Numbered from the stretch's first letter, positions 1 through 9,658 are shown. The stretch is 64,000 nt of DNA from Candidatus Omnitrophota bacterium (GCA_028865345.1 JAGWKL010000004.1:8457-72456); one strand, 5' to 3'. Notes: generated from the letters alone by a model not told the origin. Numbers and translations are program-made.

Positions 1-393
1 TGTTGCAGCTATAGGCACATTTGTACTTACAGTCAATAAGGGGCCCGAAGATGAAACAAAATATTTAAAATTTGATTGACCGGATGAACCATAGCCAAAA
101 GGGTTGATGGGGTTCCACGTCGGCGGTAAGTACCCTCCTGCTTGCAATACGGCGATGGCCGTTGGGTATGTGTCGTTGGGTTGGGGCCATTGTTGGTTAT
201 TAGCTATATAATAGGCCCTGCTTGCTTCTTCAATGGCAGAGATGTCCAACGCCGTTTTGTTGGCCGCATTGGTCGTGTATTGATTGATTAACTGAGGAAT
301 GACGGCACTGGCGATGATCGTAATGATGATCATGACTAACGTCATCTCGAGCAAACTAAATCCTGTTTTTCGTATCAACTGTTTGAAGGACAT
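1..393 (-). CDS. Type IV prepilin-like protein (PilV/shufflon-N-like minor pilin), C-terminus beyond left edge
   Basis: Absent from the ORF track; manual translation from ATG 393 gives MSFKQLIRKTG|FSLLEMTLVMIIITIIASAVIPQ...VLQAGGYLPPTWNPINPFG, a class III signal with G|F and E+5; frame open to position 1. Confidence 0.85.
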   Translation of the reverse strand, partial: MSFKQLIRKTGFSLLEMTLVMIIITIIASAVIPQLINQYTTNAANKTALDISAIEEASRAYYIANNQQWPQPNDTYPTAIAVLQAGGYLPPTWNPINPFGYGSSGQSNFKYFVSSSGPLLTVSTNVPIAAT

Positions 394-399
394 AAAATT

Positions 400-888
400 T
401 TAAACACACCCATATTTAAGGCAATAACTCAGATGGACGGTATACTCATTCCATATAGGTTTGCTTATTTCAATTAATTTCTGAGATCCTTGCATCGTTT
501 CTACGATAAGCTGCCCTTGGGAATCATTAGAACCTATGCCCGCCGGGATCAAAACAGAAGCCGTCACTAAATTGTTGGAACACACCGGTTGGTTATAACT
601 TGTCCCAAAGGGGCTGGAAGCAACACCGGCATTATCGACAAAACCTGGCGGAAGAAAATCCGGGACCAACCCGCCTAAGGCCGGACAATTTCCGGCTCCA
701 TATTTACTTAAATATGAGACCGAAGCCTGTGCGATCGCCGTCAATTCACTGACTGTTTTGTCGTATCTCGCTTGATTGATACGCGTAATACACGCAGGAA
801 TCAGCGTAGACAAAACAGCCGTAATGATAAATAACACCCCCGCTGCTTCCAATAATGTCGTTCCCCTTCTATTGAAAGAACTTCTCAT
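400..888 (-). CDS. Type IV prepilin-like protein (minor pilin)
   Basis: MRSSFNRRG|TTLLEAAGVLFII: basic leader, Gly-1, E+5, hydrophobic helix; FLPPGF...SPFG motif; start moved to ATG 888. Confidence 0.85.
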   Translation of the reverse strand: MRSSFNRRGTTLLEAAGVLFIITAVLSTLIPACITRINQARYDKTVSELTAIAQASVSYLSKYGAGNCPALGGLVPDFLPPGFVDNAGVASSPFGTSYNQPVCSNNLVTASVLIPAGIGSNDSQGQLIVETMQGSQKLIEISKPIWNEYTVHLSYCLKYGCV

Positions 889-899
889 TCTTGACCCTT

Positions 900-1364
900 T
901 TAAAATCCAGCCATCCATTGCTGGCTGGTGGCTGAATAAGTCGGTGCCACCGAAGCAGCATTGGCCACTTCTTTAGTTATTAATGCCTGGATATTGGATG
1001 GTACATTAGTCAACGTTATGTCCACATAATTGGCATTTGTATCCGGGACGACCGTGTACGTTCCCCCCCAAGGGTTGCTCCCTGAAGCCTTGGCCGGCAA
1101 CATTCCCTGGGCGGACAAATTGGCCACGGAAATTGTCCCGTACGTCCCTCCGGTATAGGTCCCTCCGTTGGCGGTGTAGTACCCGGTGGCAGCTGTCTGC
1201 AAGGCCCGGATGCTGGCAACCGCGTTGGCGACCGTGCTGTTGTTGGTCGCTCCTACAATCGCAGGGATCACAGCGCTCAAAATGGCTGCGATGATAAACA
1301 TGACGACAACCATTTCGATGAGTGTAAAGGCTTTGGTGTTTGATTTCTGACGAGTATGTTTCAT
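900..1364 (-). CDS. Type IV prepilin, probable major pilin (PilS-like body)
   Basis: MKHTRQKSNTKA|FTLIEMVVVMFII; AAAGGAG RBS before ATG 1364; GMLPA...NPWGG motif. Confidence 0.9.
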   Translation of the reverse strand: MKHTRQKSNTKAFTLIEMVVVMFIIAAILSAVIPAIVGATNNSTVANAVASIRALQTAATGYYTANGGTYTGGTYGTISVANLSAQGMLPAKASGSNPWGGTYTVVPDTNANYVDITLTNVPSNIQALITKEVANAASVAPTYSATSQQWMAGF

Positions 1365-1387
1365 TTTTTCTTCTCCTTTTCTAAGGG

Positions 1388-2641
1388 TTATTTGAATATT
1401 CCAGCCCCCATTTGGTTCATGTTCGTATATATCGGCAGGATAAAAGCACTGACGATCATCAAGAGAAAACTTGCCGATACAATGAGCATCAAAGGCTCCA
1501 CCATGGCGATCATGGCATCGATGGATTCCTTGGTTTTGATATCGTAATACTTGTAGATCCGTTCGAAGCAAGCCGGCATCATACCGGTCGTCTGTCCTTT
1601 GGTCACATTTTGGGAAATAAAAGGCGGGAAAAATTTGTCCTGCCTGAAAGCCTCTCCCAAGGAAGCACCTTTGAAGATTTTGTCCCTGACTACAATAAGT
1701 TTCTCGGTCAAGTATGTTTTATTGGCCTCATGGATATTGGAGATTGTTTCGATGATATCGATACCGCTTTTTTGGTAAACGTAAAGATTCAGAAAAACAT
1801 GGGAAAACTCCGTGCTTTTCATCAAATCACCCAGGAGCGGGATTTTGAATATCAATCCCATCAACCGTTCCTTGTGAATGTTCCATAGGTATTGGACGGT
1901 GAATCCGCCTACTGCAATCAATACAAGAATAGCCCACCAGTATTGCTTTATAAATGCCGCGTAGCTGATCAAAATAATGGCCGACAGGTTATGGCTCGCG
2001 CAAGCCGGAAGGAAGGTCTTTAGTTCAGGCACGAGCTTCAGGGAAATAAAAACAGACAGACCTGAGAGCATGCAAAAGATGACCGCGGGATAGATCAGCG
2101 CTTTGGCGATCTTTTTCATGTTTTCATGCTTGTATTTGTAATACCCCGACAAAATAGACATCAACTCGGGGATGGTCCCTGTTTTTTCCGCAGCACCGAT
2201 GGTCTCCGTGACGATTTTGGGAAAAATACTTGTATTTTCAAAAGCTTCCTGGAGAGAACGCCCGTCGTTGATATAGTTGCTGATTTTCTTCAGGGCCTTT
2301 TTCAAAACCATATGGGCGGTTGTTTCATTCAAAGTATCGATGGATTCGTTCAATGACAGACCGGCCTTTTGCATATCGGCCAGGTCATTAAAGAAAACGG
2401 TCATAACGGGCAGGGACAACCTGCGGGTTTGAAATACGTTCTTGATAAGCGCCATGTAATCAGGAGTGATGCTTAATATTTCTAAGCCATAGATATTCGC
2501 TTGGTTTTTTACACTTTCCAGGCTACCCTCGATGATTTGGGTTATTTCAGTACGTTTGGCCGTTAACGCTTCCATTTTCCAATACAATATTCCCCGTTCC
2601 TTTCTTCGCGTAAGGCATCTTCGATGCGTTTGCGGATTCAA
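1388..2641 (-). CDS. pilC: Type IV pilus/T2SS inner-membrane platform protein (PilC/GspF family)
   Basis: Two T2SSF repeats (GRSLQEAF...FP...AAEKTG; GASLGEAF...FP...GQTTG), ALIYPA and EP motifs, three TM segments. Confidence 0.92.
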   Translation of the reverse strand: MNPQTHRRCLTRRKERGILYWKMEALTAKRTEITQIIEGSLESVKNQANIYGLEILSITPDYMALIKNVFQTRRLSLPVMTVFFNDLADMQKAGLSLNESIDTLNETTAHMVLKKALKKISNYINDGRSLQEAFENTSIFPKIVTETIGAAEKTGTIPELMSILSGYYKYKHENMKKIAKALIYPAVIFCMLSGLSVFISLKLVPELKTFLPACASHNLSAIILISYAAFIKQYWWAILVLIAVGGFTVQYLWNIHKERLMGLIFKIPLLGDLMKSTEFSHVFLNLYVYQKSGIDIIETISNIHEANKTYLTEKLIVVRDKIFKGASLGEAFRQDKFFPPFISQNVTKGQTTGMMPACFERIYKYYDIKTKESIDAMIAMVEPLMLIVSASFLLMIVSAFILPIYTNMNQMGAGIFK

Positions 2642-2645
2642 TTTG

Positions 2646-4280
2646 TCACCCTAAAACTCTTATGGCTTCATCAATGGAAGTCTCGCCCTTGGCAATCAAC
2701 GCCTTGGCATCATCGATCAATGTCTTGTAGGTTCCTCTTTGTCTTAATAAAGCATAAATCTCTCCCAGGGAATTTTTTCCGATAAGTTCCTTAATTTCCT
2801 GGTCGATAAGCAAAACTTCCCCCACCACAGTTCTTCCTAGAAAACCATTCCGGCATCTCCTGCACCCCTGGGGCCTGAACATAGACTGAATGTCCCCGTC
2901 TAAGTATTTTGCCTTGTAGGCCTCGAATTTGTCCCTGACCGCGGTAAACGGTTCCTTGCAAAACGGGCAGAGTTTTCTTACCAAACGCTGCGACACAACG
3001 GCAACCAGACAACTTGAAATATTGACCGTGTCGACCCCTAAATCTTTGAGCCTCAAAATTGCCGAAACGGGATCGTTCGTATGCAGGGTGGAAAAAATCT
3101 GCAGCCCGGTGTTGGCCGCACGGATGGCTTCCTGGGCCGTTTCCCTGTCCCGTATTTCTCCGATCAATATGGCATTAGGATCTTGCCTTAAGAATGACCT
3201 TGTGGCCTTGCCGAATGTCAGGTCTTGGGCAGGATTGACTTCAACTTGTGCTATCAAGGAATGCGTGATCTCAACGGGGTCTTCGATGGTCAGTATAATT
3301 TTGGATATCGACTTGATCTGGTTCAAAACAGCCGACAAGGTTGTTGATTTGCCGCTGCCGGTGGGGCCTGTGATAATGATTAATCCGTGGGGAACAACGA
3401 TGGCCTGATCGATCATTTTCCGGTTATGTTCTGAAAATCCAAGACTCTCCAATGGGATAGCGGCCCGTTCCTTGTCCAAAAGTCTTAATACGATCCTGGG
3501 TCCGTGGATGGTCGGAGTTTGAGCAAACCTGACATCTACGGTTTTGGCCATTTTTTTGAATTCATAAAAAAAGCTACCGTCCTGAATTCCATAATCGCAA
3601 GGCCTCAGACCGCATTTTGTCAGCAGAATATTGGCCAACTTCTGGATATATTCGGGTTTTAAACAGGTGATGGATGCGCAAATACCGTCAATCCTGAACC
3701 TGATGTCCGTGGTCTTGCCGGTCGGTTCAACATGAATGTCCGTGCTGCGGGTGATGATGGCCAAATTGATGATCTCATTGAGCCAGGAAGCCAGAGCATC
3801 AATCCCCTCTGATTTAAGGGATTCGATACGGACAAGGAGTTTGGCCCTGTTTTGTTCCAGAACAATCAGATCCAAGGCGTTTCTCACATCGCACTCCGGG
3901 CCGATGTAAAAATTCACACCCGTATGCCCGAAAATGCTTTTAAGATAATCGGTGATTTCCACATTATCGATAAAAGAAACAACGAATGACGGAATTACGG
4001 AACCGTTCTTTAAAGGATATATTTGGTGCCGGCAAAAATAATCCAGACCGATTTTCTCGATGGCTGCGTGATCAGGCACATATTGACTCCTAAAGCACTT
4101 CCAATTTATCTGTTTTGACAAACACTCGGCAAGCTGGTGGTCATTGATAAAGCCGTGATGTTTTAAGATCGCCCCCAGGTGGAGTCCGGGGTTCAATTTT
4201 TTATACTCTAGGCAGTGGTTGAGCTCTTCCTGTGTGATGAGCTTTTCTTCCGTCAATATTTGCCCAAGTGGTTCAAGCAT
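2646..4280 (-). CDS. pilB: Type IV pilus assembly ATPase (PilB/GspE family)
   Basis: TDIHVEP, Walker A GPTGSGKST, TIEDPVE Asp box, LRQDPN-ILIGEIRD, STLHTND His box, CxxC...CxxC zinc motif. Confidence 0.95.
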   Translation of the reverse strand: MLEPLGQILTEEKLITQEELNHCLEYKKLNPGLHLGAILKHHGFINDHQLAECLSKQINWKCFRSQYVPDHAAIEKIGLDYFCRHQIYPLKNGSVIPSFVVSFIDNVEITDYLKSIFGHTGVNFYIGPECDVRNALDLIVLEQNRAKLLVRIESLKSEGIDALASWLNEIINLAIITRSTDIHVEPTGKTTDIRFRIDGICASITCLKPEYIQKLANILLTKCGLRPCDYGIQDGSFFYEFKKMAKTVDVRFAQTPTIHGPRIVLRLLDKERAAIPLESLGFSEHNRKMIDQAIVVPHGLIIITGPTGSGKSTTLSAVLNQIKSISKIILTIEDPVEITHSLIAQVEVNPAQDLTFGKATRSFLRQDPNAILIGEIRDRETAQEAIRAANTGLQIFSTLHTNDPVSAILRLKDLGVDTVNISSCLVAVVSQRLVRKLCPFCKEPFTAVRDKFEAYKAKYLDGDIQSMFRPQGCRRCRNGFLGRTVVGEVLLIDQEIKELIGKNSLGEIYALLRQRGTYKTLIDDAKALIAKGETSIDEAIRVLG

Positions 4281-4282
4281 AT

Positions 4283-4816
4283 TTATTCAGGTTTAAAATC
4301 AAAATTTTTGGTCAAATTTTGCGGCTTAAAATGCAGGGTTATGCTTGAGTCTGATATAGACACAACCCTGATATTGTCCGTCGGGTATGAGTTGTTCCTG
4401 ACTTGATAATCCGTCCCGTTGATGGAAATGATGGCCTCTTCTCGGCCCTTGTCCCCTCCGATGTAATCAACGGCCACCTGGGGCAGGTTGCTTGTGGCTT
4501 CAAGGGAAGGCTCGCTAAACGCCCCGGTATTTTCCTTTTGCAACTTGGCGATCTGTGCTTGCGCTTTCTCTTCTTCCAGTTCAAGATTGGTTTGTTCAAG
4601 CTTTATCTTTAAATCCTTGGTTATTCTTTGTTGTTTACGGTCCAATCCTAATTGTTCCTGAATGGCAGTATCTTCCATATTTTCGCCGCTCTGCGGATTG
4701 CTTAAATGCGCTGAAGGATCAGATTTTTCCGCCCATGGTTCTCCGGGCCCCAGGATCAACCCGACAGGCAGCAATATCAATAAAATGGGTTTGAAGGCCA
4801 AGTTTCTAAAGTCCAT
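4283..4816 (-). CDS. Pilus accessory protein (PilP-like position)
   Basis: N-terminal hydrophobic segment, coiled coil, C-terminal beta domain (AIISING...VVSISDSSITL); lies just upstream of the ATPase. Confidence 0.55.
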   Translation of the reverse strand: MDFRNLAFKPILLILLPVGLILGPGEPWAEKSDPSAHLSNPQSGENMEDTAIQEQLGLDRKQQRITKDLKIKLEQTNLELEEEKAQAQIAKLQKENTGAFSEPSLEATSNLPQVAVDYIGGDKGREEAIISINGTDYQVRNNSYPTDNIRVVSISDSSITLHFKPQNLTKNFDFKPE

Positions 4817-5300
4817 ATATTTCTCCTTTAATGATCAAATTATTATTATCTTTTGAGATCTCGGAAGCCAAAAAGTCCGTGTTGGCCTCCAAAGTATGGA
4901 TGTCGTCCAATACAGCCCCCATGTCCGTTTCCCTGGAAAATTTATCGATGACTATGCGGATTTTCAGACCGCGAACGCCCCTGTAAGCGGTTTTCTCATA
5001 ATGAGTTGAAATGTCCGGCACTTCCATGGCCCCTTCCAACTGGATATTCATATTTGTCCCGCTGGTACTCTCCAGAAGCCTGGTCTCATTTAAAACAGCG
5101 TTATACGCCACATGGAGCTCCACCGGCGGCTGCCTTGGCAGTAGTTCCTTATCCTTGATGGCCTGTTGCATGCCGTTGATTTTGTCCTGCAATAGAGCAT
5201 AATCATTGTTGTCTTGTTCAATCTGTGAATTCATGGAAACTCCAAGATTAACTAAAACCACCGTCACGGCCAAAGAAATTAAAATGATCATTTTGTTCAT
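4806..5300 (-). CDS. Pilus accessory protein (PilO-like)
   Basis: N-terminal TM helix, coiled coil and small C-terminal domain; overlaps both neighbours. Confidence 0.5.
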   Translation of the reverse strand: MNKMIILISLAVTVVLVNLGVSMNSQIEQDNNDYALLQDKINGMQQAIKDKELLPRQPPVELHVAYNAVLNETRLLESTSGTNMNIQLEGAMEVPDISTHYEKTAYRGVRGLKIRIVIDKFSRETDMGAVLDDIHTLEANTDFLASEISKDNNNLIIKGEIYGL

Positions 5301-6484
5301 AGGCTGACTGTCAGGCGTTTGCCGGGCTGGCCATTGACAAAAACATCCTCAATTTCCGCATCCTTCAGTAATTTTACCTGGGGGACAGGATCAAAAATGC
5401 CCTGCTCATCCGCGAACAGAGTCATCTCGACCTCCCATTTGTCCTTTTTATGAAAATCGAAAGATTCTACAGTATAGGAAGCCGGTATCAACTCAAGCAT
5501 GGAAAGATAAAAGACGCCGTAATTCAAGGTTTTCTGTCTCTTTAAATCAGACCTGTACGTTTCGAGGTCTAATATCCTTAACTGCGCCTCCAGGCGTTCC
5601 GATCTTTGTTGGAAGGACTTCATTTTATGGTTTATAACCTCCAGCTTTAAGCTGTTAAATAAAAAATAAAGAAAACCGGCGGCCACAACACACAAAGATA
5701 TGACAACGGCCCTGACCCTCTGTTTTAATGCCTTCTCTTTTCTTTTTTTGAACTCTTCTTCCGGCAATTTGTACTTGATCAAAGAACCATTGATCTCCAA
5801 ACCTTCAATGGCCGGGTGACGCGCATCCAGATATTCAACCTGGAAGTTTTCTTTGTTCTTTGAGATTTCATCCACCAGGCCTCGGCTGTTGACGATAATG
5901 ACGGAATCCGTCGCTTTCTTGTCCAGAAAACCGTCAAACTTCTTATAAAAATCGATCTGGGAACGCTTGATCTCGGGAAGGATGTCTTCCCCGTTATTGG
6001 GGATGGTCCTTGTCCGGCTGAATTTCAAGCCATCAAAGACAGTCAACAGCCTTGACCTTTCCCAATCATCGATAAACACGATGGTTTTATTCAGATTGAC
6101 GGTCTTGTGGATCAAGGCATTACGTAAGGCAATCCCGTAAGGAATGAATGTTCTGATTTTATCCGGGGGGATCAAAGAATATACTTCCCGGACCTTCTGT
6201 TCCCTGATGCCGATGACCTGGAAAAGATTGGTATCGATCTTTTCATCCTGGATGACATACGCCTCATGCTGGTAGAGATCCTTAAACTTACGGACAAGGA
6301 TGCTGTCCTTTTTCTCCGGAGGGTATTCCACTGCGGCCGCGATGATCACATCCGTGTCCACCACGCACACACCCGCTTCATTGATCGACGGGAAAATAGG
6401 ATCACAACCGGGCCTTTTGTCTATAATACGCACCCCTTCATCATCTTTGAAGAGAATCGTATCGTTGAAAATAAAATAATTCAT
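5297..6484 (-). CDS. Pilus accessory protein (PilM-PilN/GspL-like)
   Basis: Cytoplasmic N-domain, one TM near residue 265, periplasmic coiled coil; ATGA overlaps with neighbours. Confidence 0.55.
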   Translation of the reverse strand: MNYFIFNDTILFKDDEGVRIIDKRPGCDPIFPSINEAGVCVVDTDVIIAAAVEYPPEKKDSILVRKFKDLYQHEAYVIQDEKIDTNLFQVIGIREQKVREVYSLIPPDKIRTFIPYGIALRNALIHKTVNLNKTIVFIDDWERSRLLTVFDGLKFSRTRTIPNNGEDILPEIKRSQIDFYKKFDGFLDKKATDSVIIVNSRGLVDEISKNKENFQVEYLDARHPAIEGLEINGSLIKYKLPEEEFKKRKEKALKQRVRAVVISLCVVAAGFLYFLFNSLKLEVINHKMKSFQQRSERLEAQLRILDLETYRSDLKRQKTLNYGVFYLSMLELIPASYTVESFDFHKKDKWEVEMTLFADEQGIFDPVPQVKLLKDAEIEDVFVNGQPGKRLTVSL

Positions 6485-8322
6485 ATGTTGTTAATAATAT
6501 TCTTGGGCGTAATCAGGATCACCAACTCCGTGCGTTGATTGGATTTGGCCTGGTACTGGAAAGCCTTGCCTAAAAAAGGAATTTTGTCCAGATAAGGAAC
6601 CCCTTCCATGGACTTTTTTCTGGTATCGCTGATAAGCCCCCCCAGGATCAGGGTCTTCCCGGGCTCTATCCCGACATTGGTAGTGATACTTTTGGTGGAA
6701 ACCTGCGGTTCCTGGATGGTCAGGCCGTTGCCGGCAGGCACATTGGTCAATGAATCAAGGGTGTTCAAGGCCGCCGATATGTTCAAAACCGTCTTTTTTC
6801 GTTCGATCTTTGCTTCCAATCTCATGGTCAAACCATCCGATACCTGGGACGTGATCACGTTGGATTGGGATATATTGTTCCCTATGGTCTGGCCTGTCCC
6901 TGAGATATAAGGAATGCTGGTCACTTCCTGGATAACGCAAGGGAACATATTGGACACCGTGATCGAAGGCTTGCTGATGACATTGACATTCCCCATCGAA
7001 TCCAGGGCCTTAAGCACCATGGATACCCCGCCTTTCGTCGTACCGCTCCCTGCATCCGGACCGGTCGCCGATAAAGTCAACAACTGCCCGCTCAAAAACC
7101 CCGATGATGAAAAATCTGTCGAGGCCGTAATGTTGTTCAATCCGGCCAGTTTCTTGGCAATGGCATTCCAATCAATACCCGTCTCATGGTCTGCAGATAA
7201 GGTGACCTCAATGATCTGTATTTCAAAACTCTGCTGCCTGCTTAAGGATTCATTGATGGTTGAGACCAATTCATCGATCTTATCTAATACTCCTGGTTTA
7301 TCCGTTACGATGATAGAGCCGCTTACTTTATTAATAGAGTAGCTGCCTACCTTCGGGGTTATTAATGACTTAACGTTGTCTTCCAGATCACTCCACAGGG
7401 AAAGCTTAGGCGAGATGTTTTCATAATAAATCTTTGTCCCTACCTTAATATCTTGATTTTGCTGGCTGGTTGTGGTGATGGTATTGTTATTATTTTGATT
7501 GTCCGCGAAAGACTCATTGGAGGTCTCATCGGTAAAAGACTGGTCCACGGCAGGCATATTGATATTAAAAATCCTGGTTTCGGTCTCTGTAATGATCAAA
7601 TCCTCCTGGGAAACCTTAAATCCATACCCGAATTTATAAAGAAGGCTTTTCAATGCCCTCCAGACTTCGATGTTCTCCAGATTAATGGATGTTTTCTGGG
7701 CATCGATGTCAGGCGTGGTAATCACGTTGTATGCTGTGACCTGGGAAATGGTGGAAAAATAAATCCTTAAAGGCAGATTATTTCCCTTAAGCGTGATTTT
7801 CAAATTCAATTGCGGCGGCAGGTTGAGGGACTGCTGCGGCCTTGGGGGCGAGGCATTATGAGGGGCCTCAACCGACGGTGAAGTTGACGGCTGCAACTCT
7901 CTTTTTTCAACCGCAGATTCCGGGACAACATCCATTTTAAGGGCGATGGTTCTATTCTCATTTTTTCCCTTGGACGTCGCCAACCCGCGGATGACAAGCT
8001 TTGTATAAAAATCATCCTTGGCCACGCATCGCAGCACATACTCTTCACCCGAAACTCCGCCTACCGTCATCTCGGCGACCTCGGTGTTTGTCGGCATCAA
8101 TTCCAGGGTATCAGGCTCTTTGTCATTCCTCTGAATGACATAGGTATCGGCGCCGAAACCTCTCACCACGCTGACAATGGGCTCAGGAAAAACTACGGCG
8201 GTCACATGGTCCCGCTTCACATGCACATAAACCTCCCCGCCATCGTAAACATGATCTTTGATTTCCGCCTGTGCTGTGGACGTAAAGCAAGCGAACAGAA
8301 AAACAAGGAGAAAATTATTCAT
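6481..8322 (-). CDS. Secretin (MshL/PilN/GspD-like) with extra N-terminal domain
   Basis: Signal peptide; IEV...GIDW, VISKPSI and GKTLILGGLI...GVPYLDKIPFLG...RTELVILITP secretin signatures. Confidence 0.92.
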   Translation of the reverse strand: MNNFLLVFLFACFTSTAQAEIKDHVYDGGEVYVHVKRDHVTAVVFPEPIVSVVRGFGADTYVIQRNDKEPDTLELMPTNTEVAEMTVGGVSGEEYVLRCVAKDDFYTKLVIRGLATSKGKNENRTIALKMDVVPESAVEKRELQPSTSPSVEAPHNASPPRPQQSLNLPPQLNLKITLKGNNLPLRIYFSTISQVTAYNVITTPDIDAQKTSINLENIEVWRALKSLLYKFGYGFKVSQEDLIITETETRIFNINMPAVDQSFTDETSNESFADNQNNNNTITTTSQQNQDIKVGTKIYYENISPKLSLWSDLEDNVKSLITPKVGSYSINKVSGSIIVTDKPGVLDKIDELVSTINESLSRQQSFEIQIIEVTLSADHETGIDWNAIAKKLAGLNNITASTDFSSSGFLSGQLLTLSATGPDAGSGTTKGGVSMVLKALDSMGNVNVISKPSITVSNMFPCVIQEVTSIPYISGTGQTIGNNISQSNVITSQVSDGLTMRLEAKIERKKTVLNISAALNTLDSLTNVPAGNGLTIQEPQVSTKSITTNVGIEPGKTLILGGLISDTRKKSMEGVPYLDKIPFLGKAFQYQAKSNQRTELVILITPKNIINNI

Positions 8323-8365
8323 GATGGCCTCGAAGATTTTATGGGGGGATTTTTGAAGCGAAAGC

Positions 8366-8394
8366 AGTATGCCAGACTATTTCATATTTGTCAA
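8366..8394 (-). promoter_or_regulatory. Sigma70-type promoter of pilus operon
   Basis: TTGACA-17 nt-CATACT on minus strand upstream of the secretin. Confidence 0.6.
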
Positions 8395-8460
8395 CAACTA
8401 TTTTGATATAAAATCAATACCGACAAAAAACAAAACCTTACATAAACGTTCAAGAAAACA

Positions 8461-9657
8461 TTATAACTGTATCCCGAAAGAAGGCAGCATGCTGATAATA
8501 CCGGTGGCGAAGATGAGGGCGATAAAAAACCAATAGATGAATTTATTGCCCCCCTGAAGGCTCAGCTCGCCCATCAGTTTCCTGTCCGAGGCAAGCATCC
8601 CTAATATAACGGCGGGGGCGATCAAGACCACGATCTGAAGGACCATCAAGTTAAGGGCGAGTTTGATGAGATTGAATGAAAAAAGCGGGATGATGACCGC
8701 GGGGATTGATTCAACCAGATACACCTTAAACCAGTGTTTCTTGCCCCACCCCACAGCCTCGGTCACGCCCCAGCAGCTGCCCAGGGAAATGACGATAAGC
8801 GCGATAAAAGACGCGGTGATAAGGCCCACCCCAAAAACATACGGGGCAAAATGCCCGGCCACCGAGGCAAGGCTTTGCGAAAGCACCTTGGGCGAGGCAA
8901 AATCCAGACCGTTGACGTCGATGCCGATGGCGGAGACGGCAATGGCCACCATGATCAACTCGGAAAAGATGGCGCCCACCAGGGTCTCAAACCTGACGGC
9001 CCAGATATTACTTTTGGCCGTGCCTTTTTCCGCAGTGGCGGAAACCTGATAGAACAACATAAAAGGCATGATGACCGCCCCGATGTTGGCGGCCAGCATG
9101 AAGATAAAGTCCGGTGATTTCGAGAAATAAAACGGCGTGACCTCGATGCCGTTGTGCGCCGTCATAACGGCGGCCACGATCCACACGACGGAGAAAATGA
9201 CGGAAATGATCAACAGCGGCTTTTCAGCCTCGGCATATTTTTTATTGTAGACCACCAGCAGATGGGCCAAAAACGCCAGCGGCACGGAAATCCACGCAGA
9301 AACCCCCATCATCTGGAAACCGACGGCGATGCCGGTATATTCCACAATATAGCTGATGACGTCCACCAGGGCCATGGGAATGGCGCAAAGCACGGCAATG
9401 CGCCTGCGGTAGTTTTCCCTGATCAATTCCCCCAGGCCTTTGCCGGTGGCAACACCCACGCGGCCCGCCACTTCCTGGACCACGTATAAAGGAATGACCA
9501 GGACCATGATGAACCAGACAAGTTTGGTGCCGTACCGCGCGCCGCTGTCCGCGGCCGTGATGGCGCTGGCCGCGTCAACGTCGGCGATCATGACGAGCCA
9601 GGCCGGCCCCCATGTCATGAAAATCTGCCCCATCCTGGCCTTTAATTCTTTCATCAT
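8461..9657 (-). CDS. NRAMP-like divalent metal transporter, non-canonical (ADVDAAS in place of DPGN)
   Basis: About 11 TM; GPAWLVMIAD...GARYG...QEVAGRVGVATGKGLGELIRE; GAVIMPFMLFYQ. Confidence 0.88.
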   Translation of the reverse strand: MMKELKARMGQIFMTWGPAWLVMIADVDAASAITAADSGARYGTKLVWFIMVLVIPLYVVQEVAGRVGVATGKGLGELIRENYRRRIAVLCAIPMALVDVISYIVEYTGIAVGFQMMGVSAWISVPLAFLAHLLVVYNKKYAEAEKPLLIISVIFSVVWIVAAVMTAHNGIEVTPFYFSKSPDFIFMLAANIGAVIMPFMLFYQVSATAEKGTAKSNIWAVRFETLVGAIFSELIMVAIAVSAIGIDVNGLDFASPKVLSQSLASVAGHFAPYVFGVGLITASFIALIVISLGSCWGVTEAVGWGKKHWFKVYLVESIPAVIIPLFSFNLIKLALNLMVLQIVVLIAPAVILGMLASDRKLMGELSLQGGNKFIYWFFIALIFATGIISMLPSFGIQL

Positions 9658-9658
9658 A

